64,000 nucleotides of DNA from Kiritimatiellia bacterium. Its GTDB lineage: Bacteria; Verrucomicrobiota; Kiritimatiellia; CAIVKH01. The notes below the pieces were generated by a model. That model saw only the letters and a list, made by a program, of their open reading frames with translations. It searched no databases and was not told the DNA's origin. Made by a program: the position numbers and the translations under genes. The stretch is from contig DAOLCW010000006.1 in assembly GCA_035327665.1 (NCBI GenBank), positions 165-64,164 on the forward strand, given 5' to 3'. Of the stretch, positions 1 to 9,090 are shown one piece after another; within the stretch, counting starts at the first letter, position 1; every line of letters begins with the position of its first letter.

Positions 1-737
1 TCCGCATCACCGGCGGCAGTGTCGCAAACAACATCAAGGACGGACTCAAGCTCGATGGGAAGAAACACGTCAAGACGGGTCATGTCACCCTGCTGAAGCG
101 CACCGTGTTTGTAAACAACGGCGGCAACGGCGTGCATATTTCATCGTCGGAAGACGACGCGGAATGCCGGGTGGTGATTGAGCACTCGCACCTCAACGGC
201 AACGCCGAAAGTGGACTTCACCTCGAAACCACCCATCCCGGCTCTGTCGCCGCGCTTTCCTGGCTCAATAGCCACGCCAGCCACAACGATCTCAGCGGCA
301 TCGTCGTCACCGGTTCGGTGGGCACCGGCAAGGGGTCCGTCACCATTCGCGGCGGCGACTGCGACGACAGCAATGCGCACGGCATCGTCATCGCCCATCC
401 GGAAATCAATGCCGGCCTCATCACCGGCATGTCGGTCGCCCGCAACGGCGGGTCGGGCATCGTCTCGGCGGGCCAGTCCATCTCCATCGTCGGCAACCTC
501 GTCGCCGGCAACACCGCCGCCGGCATCCGGGTCGAGGGTGACAACCATTTCCTCGACGACAACCGGTGCGTCAACAATGCCGTCGGCATCGAACTCGCCG
601 GCAACAACAACGCCTTGGCTAAGAATGTGTACGGAGGACCGCAAATTCCGTTCATCGACTTCACCGGCACCAATCCCTCCGCCCCGATCCAGGACGTATC
701 CGTGGGCGTGAACCCGCTGGGAAACATCATTTATTGA
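1..737 (+). CDS. right-handed parallel beta-helix repeat protein (5' end outside window)
   Basis: Frame 3 is open from nt 3 with no upstream stop, to the stop at 735-737. Tandem Gly/Asn/Ile-rich ~22-aa turns (HLNGNAESGLHLETT, GIVVTGSVGTG, HGIVIAHPEINAG, GIVSAGQSISIVGN, AAGIRVEGDN, NAVGIELAGNNN) are typical of PbH1/NosD-like beta-helices. Confidence 0.7.
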   Translation, partial: RITGGSVANNIKDGLKLDGKKHVKTGHVTLLKRTVFVNNGGNGVHISSSEDDAECRVVIEHSHLNGNAESGLHLETTHPGSVAALSWLNSHASHNDLSGIVVTGSVGTGKGSVTIRGGDCDDSNAHGIVIAHPEINAGLITGMSVARNGGSGIVSAGQSISIVGNLVAGNTAAGIRVEGDNHFLDDNRCVNNAVGIELAGNNNALAKNVYGGPQIPFIDFTGTNPSAPIQDVSVGVNPLGNIIY

Positions 738-761
738 GGCACACCAAAGAGATCACCGACC

Positions 762-1631
762 ATGTACAAAACATTGCATTACGCGCTCATCACGACCTTC
801 GTCGCTTTATCCGCCCACGCCACCTCCATCAACCCGGTCAACCGGCACGGCTACGGTGCCAACATCGGCTGGCTGAACTTCCAGGGTGACCTCGCCAACG
901 GTGCGGTCATCGGCCTCTACTACTCCACTGGCTACGTGTGGAGCGCCAACGCGGGCTGGATCAGCCTCGGATCCGGCACTCCCGCCAACGGATACAGTTA
1001 CGCCAACAACACCGCCTCCGACTGGGGCGTAAACCTCGTCATGCCCGGCGGCTACCTCCGCGGCATGGCCTATGGCGCGAACATCGGCTGGATCAACTTC
1101 GAAACCAACGGCAATGCCCGGGTGGATCTCGTCACCGGGAACCTCGACGGCTACGCCTACGGCGCGAATGTCGGATGGATCAGCCTCAGCAACAGTCAGG
1201 CCTTCGTCCAGACCGACTACCTCGGCTGGGGTCCCGACTCCGACGGCGACGGCATTCCCGACGCCTACGAATTCAAAACCACCGGTGATCTCACTACCCT
1301 CGGCCCCTATCCCAATGATGCCGACGTCGACGGATCTCCCGACCTCGACGAATTCCTCGCCGACACCGACCCCCTCGACGGCGGGAGCGTCTTGGAAATC
1401 ACCGCGTTGAGCCGGTCCAATCCCACCAACCACGTCACGTGGACCGTCCAACCCACTCGTTTTTACCGCCTTGAACAAGCCACCTCGGCGACCAATCAAG
1501 CCGTCTGGACCGACACCGGCCTCGGCATCCTGCCCCCCGGCGCTGGCCCCACCCTTACCGGCCTCGTCCCCGACCCCACCGCCACCACCCGCTTCTACCG
1601 CGCCACCGCTATCGTACCCCTCGCGCCATGA
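762..1631 (+). CDS. secreted repeat protein with four G(Y/A)GANIGW(L/I)(N/S)(F/L) repeats and an Asp-rich Ca-binding-like segment
   Basis: True ATG at 762. N-terminal signal-like hydrophobic stretch (LITTFVALSAHA). Four copies of an ~40-aa repeat with the core GANIGWxNF. A DSDGDGIPDAYE...DADVDGSPDLDEF segment resembles thrombospondin-type-3/EF-like Asp motifs. The C-terminal tail has two RFYR motifs. Confidence 0.7.
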   Translation: MYKTLHYALITTFVALSAHATSINPVNRHGYGANIGWLNFQGDLANGAVIGLYYSTGYVWSANAGWISLGSGTPANGYSYANNTASDWGVNLVMPGGYLRGMAYGANIGWINFETNGNARVDLVTGNLDGYAYGANVGWISLSNSQAFVQTDYLGWGPDSDGDGIPDAYEFKTTGDLTTLGPYPNDADVDGSPDLDEFLADTDPLDGGSVLEITALSRSNPTNHVTWTVQPTRFYRLEQATSATNQAVWTDTGLGILPPGAGPTLTGLVPDPTATTRFYRATAIVPLAP

Positions 1632-1816
1632 TCATAGATGAACGCCTCACAGATGCTCCCATCCAAGATGGGAACTGCGCAAAGCCGAAATCCACACCGC
1701 GCACCAGTAAAAAGCGTAGCGCCGAAATCCGTTCGGCGCCTCATCAGCGCACGCCCTTCGGAGAGACACCTACAGCCAGGGATGTCCGGTCACCCAAAAG
1801 AGAGAGAGAAACCAAC

Positions 1817-2899
1817 ATGAAAAAGACACCGATATCGATCATCATCTCGCTGACATCGGTGCTCACCTCCCTCGCCCAAGGCCCACTCACCCCGCCCGGC
1901 GCCCCCGCGCCGACGATGAAGACGTTGGACCAGATCGAGCCGCGCACGCCGATTTCCAGTCTACCTTATGTGATTGGCCAGTCAGGATCGTATTTTGTGG
2001 CTGGCAGTTTAACCGGTGCGCCGAGCCAAAGCGGCATCACCATAACCAATGACAATGTTACCGTGGATCTCATGGGGTTTGAGTTGGTAGGTAACTCGGG
2101 GTTGGGCTCCGGAATCACCGTATCCGGCACAAGGTCCAATATTGTCATCAAAAATGGCACCCTTCGCGGGTGGACGAACGACGGAATCAATATGGGAAGC
2201 ACATCGACCGATTGTCGCTTTGAGAACATGAATCTGGTTGGAAACGGCGGGACCGGATTAAGGCCAGGCCACCGAAGCATCGTGAGGAACTGTACGGCGA
2301 TCCATAACGGTTCGTCTGGTTTTTTTGCCGAAGCAAACCAAACCGTGATGTTTATTGACTGCATGGCAGCGGATAATGGGTCCACGGGCATTGGCACCGG
2401 GATCGAAAGTACCATTTCCCGTTGCTTCGCTTTGCGCAATATTGGATTCGGAATCCACGCGAATGGAGGGAGATCAACGGTCCGGGAAAGCACCGCCCAC
2501 CGAAACACTGGTATCGGCATTCACGTCGGCCCAGGCGGGGAAGTCTACCGCTGCACAGTGACCAGCAATACCTCCCATGGGATCAGAGTGGTCAGCGAAT
2601 CACGTGTCGAAAGCAATCACGTCGCCTACAACGTTGATAACGGAATTTTTGCTATGGGTTTTGGCAACCTCCTCAAAAACAACACCCTCGTCCATAATCA
2701 CATCGGCCTGGTAACCGCTTCCCAAAACTTGATCACGGGCAACATGGCAAGAAACAGTCTTTCCGGGACAAACTACAATATCGCCGCGAACTGTAAAGTC
2801 GGGGTTATTGTCGCGGCCCCCAACAGCCCCGCCATTGCAGGTAACAGCGGAGGCGCCGGCCTCGGCACCACCGACCCCTGGGCTAATTTTTCGTATTAA
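1817..2899 (+). CDS. secreted right-handed beta-helix repeat protein, paralog family member 1
   Basis: The ORF-track frame 1628..2899 has an internal ATG at 1817 (MKKTPISIIISLTSVLTSLAQG signal peptide) preceded by a purine-rich stretch. A conserved module AQGPLTPPGAPAPTMKTLDQIEPRTPISSLPYVI is followed by beta-helix repeats (NGGTGL, GIHANGG, NTGIGIHVGPGG, SHGIRVV). Confidence 0.75.
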   Translation: MKKTPISIIISLTSVLTSLAQGPLTPPGAPAPTMKTLDQIEPRTPISSLPYVIGQSGSYFVAGSLTGAPSQSGITITNDNVTVDLMGFELVGNSGLGSGITVSGTRSNIVIKNGTLRGWTNDGINMGSTSTDCRFENMNLVGNGGTGLRPGHRSIVRNCTAIHNGSSGFFAEANQTVMFIDCMAADNGSTGIGTGIESTISRCFALRNIGFGIHANGGRSTVRESTAHRNTGIGIHVGPGGEVYRCTVTSNTSHGIRVVSESRVESNHVAYNVDNGIFAMGFGNLLKNNTLVHNHIGLVTASQNLITGNMARNSLSGTNYNIAANCKVGVIVAAPNSPAIAGNSGGAGLGTTDPWANFSY

Positions 2900-2912
2900 A
2901 CCGGCAGACAAT

Positions 2913-4259
2913 ATGATCCATCTACGCAATCTGATCATAACGTTCAGCTTCTTGCTGATCCCTATCGGAACCGCCTACGCAAATACCTTTACTGTCGTCA
3001 ATTCCGGCAACAACGATTACCTCATCAACGACGTCGCCGATCCCGCCCTCACCCTCTATCGCGGGCGTACCTACATTTTCACCATCAATGCCTCCGGGCA
3101 TCCGTTCTGGATCAAGACGAATGCCGTGACCGGGACAGGAAGCGCCTACACCAACGGCGTAACAGGGAACGGCACCGCCGTCGGTACCCTCACCTTTGTC
3201 GTGCCCACCAACGCGCCAAACACCCTGCATTATATCTGCCAGTCCCACTCCGCGATGACCGGCACGTTCAACATCTCAAACTCGCCCCAGCGCGCCTGGT
3301 GGCGATTTGAGGACATCGGCCCCCACGTTTTAGACTACTCCGGTCGATCCATGAACGGCGTAATCACCAATATGAATCCTGGAGTGGATGACGGAATCTC
3401 CGGCTATTCGACCGATGTTCCGGGCGCCCTCATCGTGGACGGCAATCTAACCAACGCAAATGTATACAGTTTGCGTTTCAGCAATACCGGAGGTGTGGTT
3501 CGCATCCTGAACCCCTCGCTTCTCGCTCTGACCAACCATCCCGCCTCGGTCACCATCGAGGCCTTTGTAAAGCTTAACCGCGAAAAACATCCCATGCGCA
3601 TTCTCGATGCGCGCCTCACCAATGCGCCACCACCCACCTTCCGCACCACCCTGACCCCGTTCTTTGCTTTTACCGGCACCGGGCAGCGCCCGAGAATTTC
3701 CCTCATTGCCCAATCGGATTTCACCACCAATGTCGGAGTGACCGTTTCGGGTAGCGTGCTCATCAACCCTTCTCCGATCGCCCTCCGCCATTGGCATCAC
3801 GTCGCCTTCGTTCTGGATAACTCCACCATCTCGTTTTATGTGGACTATCAATTGATGGATTCATATTCAATGTTGGCCTTTGGGTATGTTCCGGGACCGT
3901 ATGGATTGATCAACCAAGTGTCCTTGGGCGGTATTCCTACAGATCCTTTCGCTAACTTCGAAGGACTGATCGACGAAATACGCATCAGCGACCGCGCTCT
4001 CGCTCCCACCCAGTTTCTTCGTGTGGTCAACGGGCTTGCCCCCGGTATTCGCGCCTTTCCATCTCCCGAAGCCCCAGCCTCCGTGACCGTGGTTACCGAA
4101 CAGGGGATACGTTATCAAGTCCAAGGTACATCCCACCTCCTCCCTCCATCCCCCATCTGGACGAACATCGGAACCGTTATCACCGGAAGTTTGTTCTACA
4201 CCACCATTTCCACCCCCGGCGCTCCGGCTCTAATTTACCGTGCCATCAGAAATCCATAA
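2913..4259 (+). CDS. secreted cupredoxin-like + LamG (laminin G/concanavalin-like) domain protein
   Basis: Internal ATG at 2913 (MIHLRNLIITFSFLLIPIGTAYA signal peptide). The N-terminal ~100 aa carry the type-1 copper-site-like pattern H(PFWIKT)...YICQSHSAMTG (C-x2-H-x2-M as in amicyanin/pseudoazurin). The central part has LamG hallmarks (ALRHWHHVAFVLDNSTISFYVDYQLMD...GLIDEIRISDRALAP). The C-terminus ends ...PALIYRAIRNP. Confidence 0.7.
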   Translation: MIHLRNLIITFSFLLIPIGTAYANTFTVVNSGNNDYLINDVADPALTLYRGRTYIFTINASGHPFWIKTNAVTGTGSAYTNGVTGNGTAVGTLTFVVPTNAPNTLHYICQSHSAMTGTFNISNSPQRAWWRFEDIGPHVLDYSGRSMNGVITNMNPGVDDGISGYSTDVPGALIVDGNLTNANVYSLRFSNTGGVVRILNPSLLALTNHPASVTIEAFVKLNREKHPMRILDARLTNAPPPTFRTTLTPFFAFTGTGQRPRISLIAQSDFTTNVGVTVSGSVLINPSPIALRHWHHVAFVLDNSTISFYVDYQLMDSYSMLAFGYVPGPYGLINQVSLGGIPTDPFANFEGLIDEIRISDRALAPTQFLRVVNGLAPGIRAFPSPEAPASVTVVTEQGIRYQVQGTSHLLPPSPIWTNIGTVITGSLFYTTISTPGAPALIYRAIRNP

Positions 4260-4277
4260 ACCCGCCAAGACCAAGAA

Positions 4278-5885
4278 ATGAAAACATTACCAATCATGAT
4301 AGGATGCCTCCTCGCGTTTGGCCATTCCACCATCGCCCAAGGCCCGCTGGATCCGCCCGGCGCCCCCGAGCCTAACTACCGCACCCTAGACCAAGTCCGG
4401 CCCGGCCAACCCCTGCCCAGCCTTGACCCCGCCGATGCCAACCTCTTCACCCTCCCTATCACCATCATCGAGCCCGGCAGTTATTACCTTACCCGCGATC
4501 TCATCGCGCCATCGGCGTACCCCGGCCCGGCCATCGTCATCCAAACCGACGGCGTCACCCTCGACCTCAACGGGTTCGCCATTGAAAAGCGGGGCTCCCC
4601 GAGCGGCTCACCTGCCATCGCCGAAACCGATGCCGGAAACCGCTACGTGGTCATTCGCAATGGACGCATCCTCGGTCCATGGATCGGCGGTATTGACATG
4701 CCAAAGTCTTCCCGGCTGGTCTTGGAACATCTCACCATTCAAGGCCCCTTGAACTACGGGATTCGGATCAACGAAGCGAACCGCATCCATAACTGCCGCG
4801 TTCTCTCCGCCCCCGACGAGCCGGTGGCTTTCCTCGGCCTTGAAGCCGGACAAGCGCTTTTGGTCACCGACAGCGAATGGCGCGGATCAAGGGTTCTCGG
4901 GCAACGCATCATGCTTTGGCGCGACAACCTCTTCGATGGCGCAGGCGTGACCTATAACGCCCGGCCATTTTGGTATTCGTTGGATTTCACCAACAACTAT
5001 CTCGGGCGCAGTATCGTTCACAAGTCCGACTTCCGGAATATCACCCCGCCTGCCGCGACCCACGTCATCGATCCCCCAAGCAAAACCTTGTTCAACGAAG
5101 TCACCATGGAAAACATCACCGGCGTGGGGATGTTCACCTTCGGAGACGTGAACATCCATCATTCCACCTTCAAAGACATCACCGGTAGCGCCATTCATTC
5201 CTGGGGCATCATCCAGGTATTCGACAGCGAGTTCTCCGACATCAACGAAACCGCCATTCAGCCCGCCATCGAGAGCGTCATCCTCGACAACTCCTTCCGC
5301 CGCATCGGGACGGCTGTCGGGGGAACCCTCGCCAACCGCCTTCTTGTCATGCGCAACCACATCTTCGATGCCATCTACGGGCTCCAACTGCTCTCCAGCA
5401 GCTTCGTATTCGACAACCGGATCTCCGACACCGTGGAAAACGGCATCGAAATGGGCGGGGCAAATTACCTTTACCGCAACCAGATTCTCCGGTCCCGGAC
5501 CGGCATTCGCACCACGGGTGGCGCCAACCGGATCGATGCCAATCACATCTCGACCTTCCAAACCTTCGGGGTCGAACTCGGCGGTGACAACAATACCGTC
5601 ATGGAAAACAGGATTGAAGATAACGTCGGACCCGGACTCCCTGAAGCGGCCATCTACTCCGAATACGGGCGCAACCTCATCCTCGACAACACCCTTAGCG
5701 CCGTGCTGGGTGTTGGCGTCCAGCTTCGCGATGGCACCAACAACGTCATCGTCGGCAATTCCGCCTGGTATGGCGCCCCCCCCTACAACTTTGATACCGG
5801 CGAAAACTATTACGGGACCCTCCTCACCGATCAGGGCCCCTACAACGCATCCCGCTGGGTCAACATTGGAAAGGGCGTGCCATGA
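4278..5885 (+). CDS. secreted right-handed beta-helix repeat protein, paralog family member 2
   Basis: ATG at 4278. The signal peptide MKTLPIMIGCLLAFGHSTIA is followed by QGPLDPPGAPEPNYRTLDQVRPGQPLPSLDP, which is homologous to the N-termini of 1817..2899 and 5882..7549. A long beta-helix-like repeat region follows. The stop overlaps the next gene's start (ATGA). Confidence 0.75.
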   Translation: MKTLPIMIGCLLAFGHSTIAQGPLDPPGAPEPNYRTLDQVRPGQPLPSLDPADANLFTLPITIIEPGSYYLTRDLIAPSAYPGPAIVIQTDGVTLDLNGFAIEKRGSPSGSPAIAETDAGNRYVVIRNGRILGPWIGGIDMPKSSRLVLEHLTIQGPLNYGIRINEANRIHNCRVLSAPDEPVAFLGLEAGQALLVTDSEWRGSRVLGQRIMLWRDNLFDGAGVTYNARPFWYSLDFTNNYLGRSIVHKSDFRNITPPAATHVIDPPSKTLFNEVTMENITGVGMFTFGDVNIHHSTFKDITGSAIHSWGIIQVFDSEFSDINETAIQPAIESVILDNSFRRIGTAVGGTLANRLLVMRNHIFDAIYGLQLLSSSFVFDNRISDTVENGIEMGGANYLYRNQILRSRTGIRTTGGANRIDANHISTFQTFGVELGGDNNTVMENRIEDNVGPGLPEAAIYSEYGRNLILDNTLSAVLGVGVQLRDGTNNVIVGNSAWYGAPPYNFDTGENYYGTLLTDQGPYNASRWVNIGKGVP

Positions 5886-7549
5886 TCCGTAACCTCCGCA
5901 TCCTCCCTTCTTTCGCCTTCGCAACCGTGGTCGGCGTTCAGGTTCTTTTCGCCCAGGGGCCGCTGGTCCCCGGCGCGGCGCCCGCTCCCACCATGAAAAC
6001 CCTTCAACAGGTCCAACCCGCCCAACCCATCCCGTCTCCGGATCCCTTCCTCAACCTGCAAAGTCCCCCTTATATCCTCGATAAACCCGGGCGATACATC
6101 CTTACCCAAAACCTTCACCATCCCACCAACACCCTCCTTCCCGTCATCATCATTAACCAGCCCGGGGTTGAACTCGATCTCGGTGGCTTCTCCATCTACA
6201 ATGCCGACTCCAGCCTAACCCTTGCCCCCACCGCCGCCGTGCGGGCCATCGAGGTCAATGTCGACGGCTTCACCCGACCCCCGCCCGTCACCATCCGCAA
6301 CGGCATGATCTGGGGCGCCATCGCCCCCGCCATCACCGTTCAAGGCGTGGACCTCATTCTCGAAGACATGATCATCGATACCGTCGGCGCGGTCACCACC
6401 GACCGCGACCTCATCACCCGGCGCGCCACCTTGTTTGGCAACTGGTCCCACGCCGCCGAAACCGTTGGCTGGACCGCCAAGGACACCATCATCCGCGGCG
6501 GCGCGACGAGCACCTATCAAGCGTGGACCGATGTCGTTTGCTACCCCGCCGTCCATTTCGGAATCAACGCCTTCTACGCCAATCAGTTCACCGGCATCCA
6601 TGTGACCGACAAGGCCGAGTGGGAAAGGGTCATTTACGCCGGCATGAATGGCAATGATCGCTTCGGATCGGGAAGTTTTGATCTCCACGTCGGCCCCGGC
6701 TCCCGAATTCGCCAGTCCGTGCTCGATCACCACGACATCGATTTCGCAATCGATAGTCCCAAAGTGCGCAGCCTGTGGTTTGACGACTCACTCACCCTTG
6801 AGCGTTCCTACCTCAACAACTTCCGTATCGCCTCCGTGACCAACAGCGTGCACCCCCAATCGCGCATCGTGATCGACCGGTCTAACGCCAAAAACCTGAT
6901 CGTCGACATCGGCCCCTCGAACCTACTCGAGTCCGCCCGGTCGCGCATCCACGTCGCCTACCTCCGCAGCGCGTTGTGGGATGTCGAGGAATCCATCATC
7001 CGAATCGGGTGGAGCGTTCCCGACATCCACTACCAGCGCATCAACCGCAGCCTCGCCCATCACGAAGGAAACAATGTATCCCCCCATGCCCATCGCCTCA
7101 TCGGTTCGGCCAGCCGATCCCAGTTTTCCGCCGACAACGAACAAGCGCCCTTTGGCTCCTTCCTCTACACCCTCGCGCTCGGTTCAGGAGCCACCGTTCA
7201 GGATTCCTTTGTTTCCGGCTACAACGCGATCTCCGTTACCAACAACATCCTCTTTGCCACCATCGCCCGCAACAATGTCTTCGGCGGCAACAGCGGGATC
7301 AACCTCTCTTTTGAATCCCCGCCGCCTCAGATGACCGTCATTCGCGACAACGCGGTCTGGGTCACCGGCTCCGGGGACGGCACCCCTTGGACCATCACCA
7401 ACAACGGCACCAACACCGTCATGCGCGGTAACATCGCCTTCGGCGCCCCCATCAACACCAATGTACTCGGCGGAGGCTTTTACGGAACCATCCATGAGGG
7501 CCCCGGCGAAGTCACCGTGGGAGGCATGGGAAACATCCGAACCCGCTGA
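5882..7549 (+). CDS. secreted right-handed beta-helix repeat protein, paralog family member 3
   Basis: ATG at 5882 overlaps the upstream stop by 4 nt. Signal-like N-terminus (ILPSFAFATVVGVQVLFAQG) then PLVPGAAPAPTMKTLQQVQPAQPIPSPDP, the same module as the two paralogs. Confidence 0.75.
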   Translation: MIRNLRILPSFAFATVVGVQVLFAQGPLVPGAAPAPTMKTLQQVQPAQPIPSPDPFLNLQSPPYILDKPGRYILTQNLHHPTNTLLPVIIINQPGVELDLGGFSIYNADSSLTLAPTAAVRAIEVNVDGFTRPPPVTIRNGMIWGAIAPAITVQGVDLILEDMIIDTVGAVTTDRDLITRRATLFGNWSHAAETVGWTAKDTIIRGGATSTYQAWTDVVCYPAVHFGINAFYANQFTGIHVTDKAEWERVIYAGMNGNDRFGSGSFDLHVGPGSRIRQSVLDHHDIDFAIDSPKVRSLWFDDSLTLERSYLNNFRIASVTNSVHPQSRIVIDRSNAKNLIVDIGPSNLLESARSRIHVAYLRSALWDVEESIIRIGWSVPDIHYQRINRSLAHHEGNNVSPHAHRLIGSASRSQFSADNEQAPFGSFLYTLALGSGATVQDSFVSGYNAISVTNNILFATIARNNVFGGNSGINLSFESPPPQMTVIRDNAVWVTGSGDGTPWTITNNGTNTVMRGNIAFGAPINTNVLGGGFYGTIHEGPGEVTVGGMGNIRTR

Positions 7550-7601
7550 CCCCCCGCAACCTTGCCGACAGTGGAGACGCGGTGCCCCCACCCGCCTTCA
7601 T

Positions 7602-7622
7602 CCCGCCCCCTTCGGGTCGGGA
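7602..7622. terminator. weak GC-rich stem-loop between convergent genes
   Basis: CCCGCCCC-CTTC-GGGTCGGG gives a 7/8 bp stem between the 3' ends of 5882..7549(+) and 7708..8214(-). No U-tract is present. Confidence 0.2.
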
Positions 7623-7707
7623 CGACGGCGCGGCACGACCTGCACGAAGCGCTCCTCCGACCCCGCATATCCCGCATCCCCTTCCCACCCCGAACCGCGT
7701 TCGACGC

Positions 7708-8214
7708 CTATTCCACCAGGGCGGGACGACTCGGTTGCCGGGAAGGTTGGAGCTGCTGCATGACCTCCATCATGCGCGGCATCACCTCGGACATCCGCTT
7801 CATGCTGATCTCCTGACTCCGCGCGGTAAGCTCCGGCATTTTCCGCACAAATTCACGACCCACCTCGGATTGATAAAACGCGAGCAGACCTTTGAGGGTC
7901 GGCGCGTCAAACAACGTGCTGTAAAGATCAATAAAATCGTCCCGGACCGCATCCCAGCTCATCGACTCCTCGATGATCCCAAGAATCTTCTCCTGAGCTT
8001 CCGCGATGTCCGCCCCCGGAGATGCCCGTGACATCATCGCCATCTGCTCCACAAAATTTTCCTTCATCGCAGCGATGTTCTCCTTGAGCAACTGCTCCGC
8101 CTCCATCGCAATGATCACCTCGGCAGCAAGCTCCCGCCGGTCATCCGATTCAGCCCGCACAGCAACCGCCGTGCTCGCGAGCGCGGCAATCACAATGAGC
8201 ATTTTCTTCTTCAT
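7708..8214 (-). CDS. small secreted alpha-helical protein (possibly DUF2059-like)
   Basis: True ATG at 8214 (MKKKMLIVIAALASTAVAVRA signal peptide). The ~145-aa mature part is Glu/Met/Ala-rich and helical. The family call is from memory of DUF2059-type periplasmic proteins and is tentative. Confidence 0.5.
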   Translation of the reverse strand: MKKKMLIVIAALASTAVAVRAESDDRRELAAEVIIAMEAEQLLKENIAAMKENFVEQMAMMSRASPGADIAEAQEKILGIIEESMSWDAVRDDFIDLYSTLFDAPTLKGLLAFYQSEVGREFVRKMPELTARSQEISMKRMSEVMPRMMEVMQQLQPSRQPSRPALVE

Positions 8215-8256
8215 GGTCTTCTCCTTTTACGCCGCAAGGTGCGGTCACAGATGGGT

Positions 8257-9090
8257 TCAAGGTGTTCCAAAATACTCCGGGTCATACGGGGTCAGGCTTT
8301 CAAATCCTCCCTCGGTGACCACAAGCGTCTGTTCAAATTGCGCCGATAACGACCCGTCCCGGGTCACCGCCGTCCAACCGTCATCGAGCACCTTGGTCTC
8401 ATGCCGGCCGAGATTGATCATCGGTTCGATGGTGAAGACCATTCCGGGGATCAACCGCAAGCCGGTTCCTTTGCGGCCAAAATGGGTGACTTGGGGCGGC
8501 TCATGAAACTCCAGTCCGATCCCATGCCCTACAAAATCACGCACCACCGAACATCCCTCCGACTCCGCATAGCTTTGAATCGCATGACCGATGTCGCCAA
8601 GGGTATTCCCCGGCTTGACCGCCCACATCCCCCGCTTGAGGCTTTCCCGTGTCACTGCGACCAGCCGCCGGGCCTCCGCTGAAGCCTCCCCCACCAAAAA
8701 GGTCTTGTTCGCATCCGCAAAAAACCCACCCACGATCGGTGTCACATCCACATTCACGAGATCGCCTTCCTGTAGAATGCGATCACCGGGGATGCCATGA
8801 CACACCACTTCGTTGATCGAAATACACGTATGACGGGGATACCCACGATAGTTCAAACACGCAGAAAGCGCTCCCCGCTCCGCGGTGCGGTCGGCCACCG
8901 CAGAGTCGATTTCCACCGTGGTCATCCCCGGACGAATCATCGATTCGGCCAGATCAAGCAAGTCCAACACCAGCTCCCCCGCCTTGCGGATTCCTTCGAT
9001 CTGCTCCGGAGTTTTCACCCGGATGCCATGCCGTTTCAGGTAATGTTGGGCCTGATTCATCAAGCCGGGTATCATTCGCATACGCTTCAT
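8257..9090 (-). CDS. map: methionine aminopeptidase type I
   Basis: VKTPEQIEGIRKAG...SACLNYRGYPRHTCISINEVVCHGIPGDRILQEGDLVNVDVT...FVGHGIGLEFHEPPQV...GMVFTIEPMINLG...LSAQFEQTLVVTEGG aligns along its full length with E. coli MetAP and has the metal-binding D, D, H, E, E positions. The start is set at the internal ATG 9090 (MKRMRMIPG); 9075 and 9060 are alternatives. Confidence 0.9.
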   Translation of the reverse strand: MKRMRMIPGLMNQAQHYLKRHGIRVKTPEQIEGIRKAGELVLDLLDLAESMIRPGMTTVEIDSAVADRTAERGALSACLNYRGYPRHTCISINEVVCHGIPGDRILQEGDLVNVDVTPIVGGFFADANKTFLVGEASAEARRLVAVTRESLKRGMWAVKPGNTLGDIGHAIQSYAESEGCSVVRDFVGHGIGLEFHEPPQVTHFGRKGTGLRLIPGMVFTIEPMINLGRHETKVLDDGWTAVTRDGSLSAQFEQTLVVTEGGFESLTPYDPEYFGTP

